Source: a virus
Taxonomy: Duplodnaviria > Caudoviricetes
Direction: 5' to 3' (one strand)
Virus record (IMG/VR): IMGVR_UViG_3300044512_000579
Location: 1-26,004 of that record
Length of the DNA stretch: 26,004 nt
Position numbers and translations under genes: made by a program. Below, piece by piece: positions 9,700 to 18,429 of the stretch. Position 1 is the first letter of the stretch. The number at the start of each line of letters is the position of its first letter. The notes beneath the pieces were generated by a model. The model had not been told where the DNA came from and ran no database searches. It saw nothing but the letters and a program-made list of their open reading frames with translations.

Positions 9700-12600
9700 A
9701 TGGCACAACACGATTATAACTTAGCAAACCAGTCAGGTGCAGACTTTAGAGCAGATTTAAACAATGCTTTATCTGCTATTGCAACTACAAATAGTGGTTC
9801 AACTGAACCATCAACTACTTATGCTCATCAATTATGGGTAGATACATCAAGTAGTGTATTAAAGATAAGAAATGGTACTGATAGTGCTTGGATTACTACA
9901 GGTGTTAGTATTACTGCATCTAATACATTTACAGGTGACTTAACAGGTAATGTAACTGGTAATGTTACAGGTAATGTTACTGGTAATGTAACTGGAGACT
10001 TAACAGGTAATGCAGATACAGCTACTACACTTGCAACTGCAAGAACTATATCTTTATCAGGAGATGTAGCAGGATCAGCTTCTTTTGATGGTAGTGGTGA
10101 TATTACTATTTCAACTACAGCACAAATTGATTCTATTGCTTTAGGTACTGATACTACAGGTGATTATGTGCAATCTATGTCAGGTGGAACTGGTGTAACA
10201 GTAACAGGTGGAACTGGTGAAGGTTCTACTCCTAGTGTTGCTATAGGACAAGCTGTAGCTACAACTGATGATGTTACTTTTAATACTATTACTGCAACTG
10301 ACCAATTTATAGGAGATATAAGAGGTGCTGTAAGATTTAACGCTAAAGCAGATGGTGCTTTAACAAAAGGTGATGTAGTTTATATATCAGGCGTATCAGG
10401 TGATGTAGCTACTGTAGGACAAGCTAAAGCTGATGATGCTTCTAAGATGCCTGCATTTGGTTTTGCTGCTGAAGATGCAAATGATAATGCTGCTGTTGAA
10501 GTTGTAACATTTGGAACATTAGCAGGACTAGATACTTCAGGTGTATCAGAAGGACAAGTATTATATGTATCTACAACAGCAGGAGAATATACAACAACTA
10601 AACCAACAGGTGAATCTGCTTTATTACAAAACATAGGTAAAGTTCAAAGAAGTCATGCTGCTGAAGGTTCAATAAAAGTAGGTGGTGCTGGAAGAAGTAA
10701 CGCTACGCCCAATCTAAATGATGGCAATATATTTATAGGTAATGCATCTAATCAAGCTGTTACAGCAACATTAGATACTTCTATAGTTGTTGAGAATACT
10801 AATCTTTACTATACAACCGCAAGAGCAAATACAGATTTCGATACAAGATTAGCTACAAAAGATACAGGTGATTTAACAGAAGGTACTAATCTATATTACA
10901 CAACAGCTAGAGTTAATTCAGATTTTGATACTAGATTAGCTACTAAAGATACTGGAGATTTAACAGAAGGTGTAAATCTTTATTATACAGATGCAAGGGT
11001 TAATTCTGCATTTGATACAAGACTGGCTACTAAAGATACTGATGATCTTAGTGAAGGTACTACAAACCTATATTACACAACAGCTAGAGTTAATTCAGAT
11101 TTTGATACTAGACTTGCAACTAAGTCTACAACTAATTTAACAGAAGGCACAAATTTATATTACACATCTGCTAGATTTGACTCAGCTTTTACTGCAAAAG
11201 ATACTGATGATTTAAGCGAAGGTGTAACCAATTTATATTACACAACTGCAAGATTTGATTCTGCATTTGGAAACAAAACAACTTCTGATTTAACAGAAGG
11301 CACAAATTTATATTACACAACTACAAGAGCTAACTCAGCTATAGATACAAGAGTTACTAAAGCATTTGTTGATGCATTAGGAATACAAGCAACAAGTGTA
11401 GCTGCTAATTCAGTAACACTTGGAACTGATACAGTTGGTAACTATGTGCAAACAATTACTGGAACTGCTAATAAAATCACTGTTACAGGTAGTGGAAGTG
11501 AGTCTGCAGATGTAACACTAACACTGCCTGATGACGTGCAAATTGCTGATAGCTTAACAGTAGCAGGTAATTTAACAGTCAATGGAACACTAACTTCTCT
11601 TGATACTACTAACCTAGATATAGAAGATAACTTATTCCAGCTTAATGCAGGATTAACAGGTAGTCCTGTAAATGATTCAGGTATGCTTATTAATAGAGGT
11701 ACTGCTGATAATGGTATCTTTATGTGGGATGAATCTGTTGATAAATTCACATTAGGATTAACAACAGCAGATGGTACTTCTACAGGTAATATTACTCTTA
11801 ATTCACTTGGTACTTTAGTTGCTAATATTGAAGGAGATGTCACTGGAGATGTAACTGGTACAGTTTCTAGCTTATCTAATCACGATACTGGCGATTTAGC
11901 AGAAGGTACTAACCTATATTATACTCAGGCAAAATTTGATTCTGCCTTTACAGGCAAATCTACAAGCGATTTATCTGAAGGCACTAACCTTTATTATACT
12001 GATGCAAGATTTGATACAAGACTAGCTACAAAAGATACTGATGATGTATCTGAAGGCTCTAACCTTTACTATACAGATGCAAGAGTACAAGCTGTTTCTA
12101 TAAATAATGTTGTAGAAGATACAACTCCTCAGCTTGGTGGTAATTTAGATTTAAATTCAAGCGATATAACAGGTACAGGTGATATTAATATAACAGGTAG
12201 TGTAATTTCTGATGTGTTAACAAGCACAATTCTAAATGTAAACAACTCATCAGGTTATGGAAATATTGAATTAGGTGGCTCATCAGGTGGTTTTATAGAT
12301 TTTAAAACTCCTTTTTCTGATGATTATGACAGTAGAATATTTACTAGTGGAACAGATTTAGAAATTACTTGCTCTACAGGTTCTATTGAATTAATTGCAG
12401 ATGGTGGGCTAAAACTAGCCACAACCTCAACAGGAATAGACGTAACAGGTACAGTAACCACTGATGGAATTATAAATAGCCAAATAACAGAATTTTTTGC
12501 TTCTCAAAGCAGTCTTATTTCATCAGGCTCAACTGCAAAAATTTATGCCACCAACACATCATTTGATGGTGTTAATGGTTCTTTAGTTTTACAAAGCAGA

Positions 12601-14385
12601 CCCACTACTGGAGCAGATGTTTATATTGCTACTGGAGCAACTGCTAAAAAAGTTGCAAAATTTTCAGATGGCGGAGACATCTCCTTCTACGAAGACACAG
12701 GAACTACAGCTAAGTTATTTTGGGATGCTAGTGCTGAGAGATTAGGAATTGGAACGACTTCGCCCAGTGAGAAGCTAGAAATATCTGGTGCAGGAAATCA
12801 AAGACTGCAAATAACCGAAACTGGAAGTTCTGCTGAAATTCAACTTGTCCAAACCAACTTTGGTTTTGGTGGTCTCTCTGCAATAAGCCCGTCTGGTAAC
12901 AATGAGATTGTATTTAATGTTACCGCATCAGGCACTACTAGCGAAATTATGAGGCTTGACAGCAGCGGCTCGGTTGGCATAGGGACAACTTCGCCACCTC
13001 ATAAACTTTCTATTTTTGGAACAGGCTCAGGAAATGCAACAGTACAAATTGAAGGAGAAGGTGGTGCAGACCCATATATAAATTTCTTAGCAAATAATAC
13101 ACAACATTGGTCTTTAGGTATTGATGATAGTGATTCTGATAAGTTTAAAATTTCAGAACATTCTGCATTAGGCACAAACGATTATTTTGTAGTAGATACT
13201 TCAGGCTCGGTGGGCATAGGGACAAGTTCGCCAAATAGCTACAATGCTAATGCAGATAATCTAGTTGTAGCAGGAAGCGGTAATACAGGAATTACTATTG
13301 CAGCAGGAACTACAGACGATACTAATATATTCTTTGCTGATGGTACAAGTGCTGACGCTGCTTATAGAGGTATTATTAGATATAGTCATTCAAGTGACAG
13401 TATGAAATTTTATACAGGTGCTAGTGAGAGAGCTAGACTAGATAGCTCAGGTCGATTAGGCATAGGTACAACTTCGCCATCATTCCCTTTAGAAATAAAA
13501 TGTGATTCAAACCATAGAGCAATATCTTTTATTGAAACAGGTGCTGGTACTGAGACTTGGCAAATAGGTGTAGATGGTGATGGAGATTTAGGTTTCTTTG
13601 ATTCTACATCAACCACACAATCAATAACTTTCCAAGATGGAACAGGCAACGTTGGCATAAACAGAACTTCACCAAATGGCTTATTGCATATGCAAAGTAG
13701 CTCAGGCACAGATAGTGCTTTCTATATCCAAACAAGTGCATCAACAGATGATAGTGTTATAAATTTCGGTGATGATTCATCTAGTACTGTTGGTAAGATT
13801 TTATATGAACATTCTACCAATAGAATGAGACTTAGTACTAACAATGCAATAAGAGCAACTCTTGATGCTAATGGTAATTGGCTTGTTGGGACTACAATAA
13901 CAACATTATATGCTTCAGGTGCAGGTGGTGCTACAGGTGTCCAATTAGTACCAAATGGAGCAAGTGCTATTGCTAGAAGTAGTAATCCTCTTTTATATAT
14001 GAATAGATTAGATTCTGATGGTGATATATTAGTATTTAGAAAAAATGGTGCAACAGTTGGTAGTGTGTCAATTACATCATCAGCAACCACATACAACACA
14101 TCATCAGATGCAAGATTAAAAGATGTTACAGGTCAAGCTAGAGGACTAGATGTAATTAATGCATTAAATCCTGTATCATACAACTGGAAAGCAGATGGCA
14201 AAGCTGACGAAGGTTTAATAGCTCAAGAGGTATTAGATGTAGTACCAAATGCAGTTAGTCAAAATGAAGAATATTATCAAATGGATTACAGTAAACTTGT
14301 AGTACATCTTGTAAAAGGAATGAAAGAACAACAAGAACAGATTGAAGCCTTACAATCTGAAATTAACTTACTAAAAGGAGAATAA
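9700..14385 (+). CDS. Long modular tail fibre with C-terminal peptidase S74 intramolecular chaperone
   Basis: EGTNLYYT repeats, GIGTTSP-delimited modules, YNTSSDARLK cleavage motif, GLIAQEV, DYSKL and a terminal coiled coil. Confidence 0.9.
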   Translation: MAQHDYNLANQSGADFRADLNNALSAIATTNSGSTEPSTTYAHQLWVDTSSSVLKIRNGTDSAWITTGVSITASNTFTGDLTGNVTGNVTGNVTGNVTGDLTGNADTATTLATARTISLSGDVAGSASFDGSGDITISTTAQIDSIALGTDTTGDYVQSMSGGTGVTVTGGTGEGSTPSVAIGQAVATTDDVTFNTITATDQFIGDIRGAVRFNAKADGALTKGDVVYISGVSGDVATVGQAKADDASKMPAFGFAAEDANDNAAVEVVTFGTLAGLDTSGVSEGQVLYVSTTAGEYTTTKPTGESALLQNIGKVQRSHAAEGSIKVGGAGRSNATPNLNDGNIFIGNASNQAVTATLDTSIVVENTNLYYTTARANTDFDTRLATKDTGDLTEGTNLYYTTARVNSDFDTRLATKDTGDLTEGVNLYYTDARVNSAFDTRLATKDTDDLSEGTTNLYYTTARVNSDFDTRLATKSTTNLTEGTNLYYTSARFDSAFTAKDTDDLSEGVTNLYYTTARFDSAFGNKTTSDLTEGTNLYYTTTRANSAIDTRVTKAFVDALGIQATSVAANSVTLGTDTVGNYVQTITGTANKITVTGSGSESADVTLTLPDDVQIADSLTVAGNLTVNGTLTSLDTTNLDIEDNLFQLNAGLTGSPVNDSGMLINRGTADNGIFMWDESVDKFTLGLTTADGTSTGNITLNSLGTLVANIEGDVTGDVTGTVSSLSNHDTGDLAEGTNLYYTQAKFDSAFTGKSTSDLSEGTNLYYTDARFDTRLATKDTDDVSEGSNLYYTDARVQAVSINNVVEDTTPQLGGNLDLNSSDITGTGDINITGSVISDVLTSTILNVNNSSGYGNIELGGSSGGFIDFKTPFSDDYDSRIFTSGTDLEITCSTGSIELIADGGLKLATTSTGIDVTGTVTTDGIINSQITEFFASQSSLISSGSTAKIYATNTSFDGVNGSLVLQSRPTTGADVYIATGATAKKVAKFSDGGDISFYEDTGTTAKLFWDASAERLGIGTTSPSEKLEISGAGNQRLQITETGSSAEIQLVQTNFGFGGLSAISPSGNNEIVFNVTASGTTSEIMRLDSSGSVGIGTTSPPHKLSIFGTGSGNATVQIEGEGGADPYINFLANNTQHWSLGIDDSDSDKFKISEHSALGTNDYFVVDTSGSVGIGTSSPNSYNANADNLVVAGSGNTGITIAAGTTDDTNIFFADGTSADAAYRGIIRYSHSSDSMKFYTGASERARLDSSGRLGIGTTSPSFPLEIKCDSNHRAISFIETGAGTETWQIGVDGDGDLGFFDSTSTTQSITFQDGTGNVGINRTSPNGLLHMQSSSGTDSAFYIQTSASTDDSVINFGDDSSSTVGKILYEHSTNRMRLSTNNAIRATLDANGNWLVGTTITTLYASGAGGATGVQLVPNGASAIARSSNPLLYMNRLDSDGDILVFRKNGATVGSVSITSSATTYNTSSDARLKDVTGQARGLDVINALNPVSYNWKADGKADEGLIAQEVLDVVPNAVSQNEEYYQMDYSKLVVHLVKGMKEQQEQIEALQSEINLLKGE
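9931..10014 (+). repeat. Coding 12-bp (TGNV/TGDL) tandem repeat in tail fibre
   Basis: TGDLTGNVTGNVTGNVTGNVTGDLTGNA. Confidence 0.85.
10792..12100 (+). repeat. Coding repeats of 25-30 aa (EGTNLYYT..R), 7 + 3 copies
   Basis: Visible in the translation; 45 nt are identical between 10891-10935 and 11068-11112. Confidence 0.92.
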
Positions 14386-14387
14386 AA

Positions 14388-14699
14388 ATGGAATGGAATG
14401 TAAACACAGTAGATGTACATCCTAATGAAGAAGGACATGATGATGTTATTTATAACGTACATTGGTCAGTAGCAAAAGTAGATGGAGAATGTTCAGGACA
14501 TACTTATGGTACACAAACAATAGATACATCTGATTTATCAGACTTTACTGCATTTGCTGATGTAACAGCAGATATGGTTAAAGGTTGGGTTATTGATGCT
14601 ATGGGTGAAGAAGAAGTTGCTAATTTAGAAGCAAGTTTGGATCAACAAATAGCAGAGCAAAAAAATCCAACATCTATTACAAAAACACTAGATTCTTAG
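14388..14699 (+). CDS. Acidic hypothetical protein following the tail fibre
   Basis: AAGGAG RBS; DVIYNVHW and VKGWV motifs of a type often seen after phage fibres. Confidence 0.75.
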   Translation: MEWNVNTVDVHPNEEGHDDVIYNVHWSVAKVDGECSGHTYGTQTIDTSDLSDFTAFADVTADMVKGWVIDAMGEEEVANLEASLDQQIAEQKNPTSITKTLDS

Positions 14700-14737
14700 T
14701 ATATAATTTAATTAAAATAAACTTATAGGAGAGTTAA

Positions 14738-14995
14738 ATGAGTAAAGAAGATAATAAGATGGAAAATCAAGAACCAGTAATAATTACATATAATGGCACA
14801 GAGTACAGAGCTTCTGATCTAAACGAAGAGCAAATGGCTTTAGCTGCTAAATTAAATGTAGCTGGTAAAAAACTAGCTAGACTTCAAGATGCTTATGATG
14901 ATTATGTCATTACTAATGAATACAAAAATTTAGTGATTGAATCATTTGATAGAGCTATCAATCCTGAAGAAGTCGAGGTAGTAGAGGAAGAATAA
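14738..14995 (+). CDS. Hypothetical coiled-coil protein
   Basis: AGGAGAG RBS; coupled to the next gene. Confidence 0.75.
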   Translation: MSKEDNKMENQEPVIITYNGTEYRASDLNEEQMALAAKLNVAGKKLARLQDAYDDYVITNEYKNLVIESFDRAINPEEVEVVEEE

Positions 14996-15231
14996 TGCCA
15001 AGAGTCACCGCACAAGATATCGGAGTTGAATTAGAAAAACACGAAATCCAATGCGGTGAAAGATGGACTCAAAACTGGAATAGACTTAAAAAGATAGAAG
15101 AACAAGTTAAAGATTTAGATAACAAAACTGAAACTAAACTTAACAAAATCGACTGGTCTATTAAAGGTGGTTTGGGTGCAGTGATATTAATACTATTAAG
15201 TGGCATTATCACCTTGATTATTAAATTATGA
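14995..15231 (+). CDS. Coiled-coil protein with C-terminal transmembrane helix (holin-associated, XhlA-like)
   Basis: HEIQCGERW motif; C-terminal GGLGAVILILLSGIITLIIKL; starts the lysis cassette. Confidence 0.6.
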   Translation: MPRVTAQDIGVELEKHEIQCGERWTQNWNRLKKIEEQVKDLDNKTETKLNKIDWSIKGGLGAVILILLSGIITLIIKL

Positions 15232-15599
15232 TAGATAAACTTATCCAGCCTGTTGGCGACATATTAGATAAATTTGTTGCTGATAAAGATTTAAAAATAA
15301 AACTATCTCATGAACTTGAGAAAGAAATAATTTCGTTAAACAAAGCACAATTAGAAGTAAATAAAGTTGAAGCAAAACACAGTAATATATTCGTTTCAGG
15401 CTGGCGTCCTGCTATTGGTTGGATATGCGGTTTTTCAATCGGTTATCACTTTATCTTAGAACCTATCATTCAATATATTCTTATCGTTAATGCAATTCAA
15501 TTTGAAACGCCTGAGTTTGACTTTAGTCAGTTATCTACAATCGTTATGGCTATGCTTGGTATGTCAACACTTAGAACCTACGAAAAAACCAAAAAATAA
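15228..15599 (+). CDS. Holin (3TM GTA-type holin family)
   Basis: SGWRPAIGW and MLGM..LRTYEK signatures; directly upstream of lysozyme. Confidence 0.85.
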   Translation: MIDKLIQPVGDILDKFVADKDLKIKLSHELEKEIISLNKAQLEVNKVEAKHSNIFVSGWRPAIGWICGFSIGYHFILEPIIQYILIVNAIQFETPEFDFSQLSTIVMAMLGMSTLRTYEKTKK

Positions 15600-15600
15600 A

Positions 15601-16047
15601 ATGTACGACAACATTAAAGAAATGCTAATCAAGAATGAAGGCTTAGCTCTTAACGTCTATAAATGCAAAAATAACTTTTTAAGTTTGGGCGTAGGTCGTA
15701 ATCTTGAAGCAAATGGTATATCAGAAGAAGAAGCTATGTTTTTGCTTGAGAATGATATACAAAGAGTAGTAGCTAATTTAGATAAGGTATGGGAAGTATG
15801 GCGAACTTTTCCACCACTTGCTCAAGAAGTATGTATAGATTGTGCTTTTCAAATGGGTATAACTGGTTGGATGAATTTTAGAAGGACAAGAGCCTTGATG
15901 GAGATGGGAGCATGGCTTGAAGCATCTGAAGAAATTTTACGTTCAAAATACGCAACAATAGACACTCCAAATAGGGCAGCTAGAAACTCAAGAAAACTAG
16001 CTTTATGTAAAAGTGCCAAGAAAAACATCAGATCAACAACAAGCTAA
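15601..16047 (+). CDS. Endolysin, T4-type (GH24) lysozyme
   Basis: NEGLALNVYKC....SLGVGRNL, AFQMG and TPNRA motifs; ATG 15601 follows the holin stop. Confidence 0.88.
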   Translation: MYDNIKEMLIKNEGLALNVYKCKNNFLSLGVGRNLEANGISEEEAMFLLENDIQRVVANLDKVWEVWRTFPPLAQEVCIDCAFQMGITGWMNFRRTRALMEMGAWLEASEEILRSKYATIDTPNRAARNSRKLALCKSAKKNIRSTTS

Positions 16048-16459
16048 CTCAAGGTTAGGGGCATTAGGAGAATCATTAGTTCAAACCTTCTTGCTTGAAT
16101 ACGCTGACTTTTGTTATCCAACTCAAGAGAAACATCCTGCTGATCTTCTTATGGAAGTGTCAGGAGGCAAATATACTATTCAAGTAAAAAGCAGAAGGGA
16201 AACTAAAGAAAAAAAGTTTATCTTTGCTGCTGAAAACTCACGATCCATGTCGCAAACTTATAAGAACTATCGTTGCGATATCTTAGCCTTTGTATTTTTT
16301 TATGATGATGAGAAAAGAATTATGTTTAAGGCAAATACTTCATCACAAAATTACTTTACCTTTGATAGAAAAGTTATTACCAACAATATGGAATTAGATT
16401 CCCTACAAGAAACTCTTGATGCTCTTAATTCTGTTCCTGTTTTAAATTCAATCATATAA
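16013..16459 (+). CDS. PD-(D/E)XK family endonuclease
   Basis: GALGE...PADLL...IQVKS...CDILAFV pattern. Confidence 0.75.
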   Translation: MPRKTSDQQQANSRLGALGESLVQTFLLEYADFCYPTQEKHPADLLMEVSGGKYTIQVKSRRETKEKKFIFAAENSRSMSQTYKNYRCDILAFVFFYDDEKRIMFKANTSSQNYFTFDRKVITNNMELDSLQETLDALNSVPVLNSII

Positions 16460-16476
16460 TTTATTTAAATAAATGT

Positions 16477-16534
16477 TTGCATAAATATATATTTATGTTA
16501 TAATGTATGTATGTTAAATAAAAGTAAGGAGTTA
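16477..16534 (+). promoter_or_regulatory. Sigma70-like promoter plus conserved leader/RBS
   Basis: TTGCAT (16477-16482), 16-nt spacer, TATAAT (16499-16504) with extended TG; TAAGGAG RBS. Confidence 0.75.
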
Positions 16535-16540
16535 GATGAC

Positions 16541-16762
16541 ATGAGCAAACAAGCAGATCATACTACTTTAGCAAAGTATTTCACCATACCTAAAGATGCT
16601 AGAACAATACTTGATGAAATAGATAGACAGCTTATAAAAGTTGCTGAATCAATAGATGAAGCATCTTATGGTTATGATGGAACTACAGAGCCAAATGAAA
16701 ATGATGTCAAAGATATATTAGGCAAATTACAAAAAATAATTAATAAATATAAAGGAGATTAA
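16541..16762 (+). CDS. Hypothetical protein
   Basis: ATG 16541 follows TAAGGAG; the track start at 16511 lies in the leader. Confidence 0.75.
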   Translation: MSKQADHTTLAKYFTIPKDARTILDEIDRQLIKVAESIDEASYGYDGTTEPNENDVKDILGKLQKIINKYKGD

Positions 16763-16764
16763 AA

Positions 16765-16863
16765 ATGATTGAGAGTCCACAAACATTAATACTATTAGCT
16801 GTTGTAGCTTACCTATCTTATGGTGTTGCACTTTTAATTCACGACAGGAACAATAGAAAATGA
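16765..16863 (+). CDS. 32-aa membrane peptide (not in track)
   Basis: AAGGAG RBS; MIESPQTLILLAVVAYLSYGVALLIHDRNNRK; ATGA overlap with the next ORF. Confidence 0.7.
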   Translation: MIESPQTLILLAVVAYLSYGVALLIHDRNNRK

Positions 16864-17036
16864 ATGTAACATTTAATTTAATGGGTGGTGGTGAATTAAA
16901 TATACCACCAAGAGCAATTAGTGGCTTCTACAAAGATCAATACACTAGCGAAGTTATTGTAGAAGTCGGAGATGAAGAATATAAAGTTAGAGATTCTTTA
17001 GATGAAGTTAAATATATATTAGGTTTAGCAAGATGA
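16860..17036 (+). CDS. 58-aa hypothetical protein (not in track)
   Basis: MNVTFNLMGGGELNIPPRAISGFY...YKVRDSLDEVKYILG; ATGA overlaps at both ends. Confidence 0.78.
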   Translation: MNVTFNLMGGGELNIPPRAISGFYKDQYTSEVIVEVGDEEYKVRDSLDEVKYILGLAR

Positions 17037-17863
17037 GAATAGAATCATTAAAGAACTTTGAATCAGAACAAAAAGGTCAAGCTCTTATTTATAAAGACAT
17101 ACCTAACGAAGATTATCATGCTGGAGTAGGTATAAGCAGTAGTTATATTAGAAGATTTGGTCAATCACAGTTACACGCTGTCAATCATAAATCTGAATCT
17201 ACTCCTGCATTAAAGTTTGGTACAGCAGCTCATTCTTTGCTTGTAGAAGGCAAAAAGGCTTTTGATAAAGAAGTCAGAGTGCTTACAGGCTCTCCTTACA
17301 CAAAAGCCTACAAAGAAGAGAAAGCCGAGTATGAAGAGCAAGGATATATAGTCCTAAAAGAAGAAGATGCAAATATGATCTTTGAAATGCAGGCAAATAT
17401 GATCTATGAAGGTAATGCTTATCTAAATGCAAAAGGCAAATTAGCTGAAGCAAGTATTTATTGGTATGAAGATGATGTGTTATGTAAATGCAGACCTGAT
17501 TTAATGTGTCCGCCACTAGATAAACCTAATTCAGATAATGAAATAGTCATAGTAGATTATAAGACTACTATATCTTGTGAACCTTATGCTTTTAACAAGT
17601 CAGTTAAAAAATATGGCTACGACTTACAAGCATCATTTTACAGAAGAGGTTTGCAGATAGCTGGATATGATGTAACAGACTTTGTGTTCATAGCACAAGA
17701 GAAAACTCAACCTTATGCATCTAAAGTATTTAGGATTACTAAAGAGCAAATGGATTATGGTTGGAACATGATGGAAGGATATTTGAATGATTATAAAGAA
17801 TATCAAAAGGGTAAACCTCTAAGTATTTACAATAGTCCTAATGTTGTGGATTTAGTGTTGTAA
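17033..17863 (+). CDS. RecE/exonuclease VIII-like PD-(D/E)XK nuclease (DUF3799-like)
   Basis: NEDYHA..GISSS, FGTAAH, KCRPD, IVDYKTT, YGYDLQASFY and FVFIAQEK motifs. Confidence 0.9.
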   Translation: MRIESLKNFESEQKGQALIYKDIPNEDYHAGVGISSSYIRRFGQSQLHAVNHKSESTPALKFGTAAHSLLVEGKKAFDKEVRVLTGSPYTKAYKEEKAEYEEQGYIVLKEEDANMIFEMQANMIYEGNAYLNAKGKLAEASIYWYEDDVLCKCRPDLMCPPLDKPNSDNEIVIVDYKTTISCEPYAFNKSVKKYGYDLQASFYRRGLQIAGYDVTDFVFIAQEKTQPYASKVFRITKEQMDYGWNMMEGYLNDYKEYQKGKPLSIYNSPNVVDLVL

Positions 17864-17955
17864 GTAAGGGCGAATAGATATATGAGAGTATTAAGTTTTA
17901 TGGAGAGTTTATCTTACGCCCTTAAACTAAGTATAAGGGTTTTTGGAAGAGTAAG

Positions 17956-17995
17956 TAATAAAGTTTTTGCTTTATTATAAAAATAATATTAATAT
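17956..17995 (+). promoter_or_regulatory. Putative promoter with overlapping palindromic operator
   Basis: TTGCTT (17967-17972), 17-nt spacer, TAATAT (17990-17995); inverted repeat TAATAAAG-N6-CTTTATTA at 17956-17977. Confidence 0.5.
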
Positions 17996-18013
17996 AAAAA
18001 ACGGAGAGTCATT

Positions 18014-18178
18014 ATGGACGAAAAAATAAAAAAAGCACTTTGGATATCGGATGATCTACATAAAGAGGTCAAGATATTCGCAATCAAAAATAATATGAAT
18101 ATTGAGACTGCATCGCAAATGGTCTTAAAACTTGGCATGGTTTCTTATAAGGAGAATAAGAAAAATGGGTCAAAATAG
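18014..18178 (+). CDS. 54-aa ribbon-helix-helix-like DNA-binding protein (not in track)
   Basis: GGAGAG RBS; KALWISDDLHKEVKIFAIKNNMNIETASQMVLKLGM fits the RHH pattern. Confidence 0.7.
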   Translation: MDEKIKKALWISDDLHKEVKIFAIKNNMNIETASQMVLKLGMVSYKENKKNGSK

Positions 18179-18329
18179 TGCAGCAGTTGAAAAGCGTAGA
18201 AAAGAGCTAGAACAAGAAAAACTAGATAAGCAAATCAAAACATATTATTTTCAAAAGGGTGCTGGTAAGCACTACAGAGAAATAACATATATGAGTGGCA
18301 AAGTAGTAAGGACTGATTACGATGCTTGA
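18165..18329 (+). CDS. Hypothetical protein
   Basis: AAGGAG upstream of ATG 18165; in frame with the track ORF. Confidence 0.7.
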   Translation: MGQNSAAVEKRRKELEQEKLDKQIKTYYFQKGAGKHYREITYMSGKVVRTDYDA

Positions 18330-18429
18330 GTGGATATTATATTTTATTGCAGGAATATTTGGATTAGTATTTATTGGTGGTTTAATAAGTGTACTAGCAT
18401 TTATATATATGATTAACGAGTTAGATTAA
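18322..18429 (+). CDS. 35-aa membrane peptide (not in track)
   Basis: MLEWILYFIAGIFGLVFIGGLISVLAFIYMINELD; its stop overlaps the next ATG. Confidence 0.65.
   Translation: MLEWILYFIAGIFGLVFIGGLISVLAFIYMINELD

Noticed and set aside
10380-14099. - strand ORFs 10380..10634, 11442..11843, 13410..13709 and 13722..14099
   Set aside because: Antisense shadows of the Thr/Gly/Ser-rich fibre gene, without recognisable motifs.
9700-14385. Diversity-generating retroelement acting on the fibre
   Set aside because: No reverse transcriptase and no TR/VR pair differing at adenines was seen; the repeats are in-frame structural repeats.
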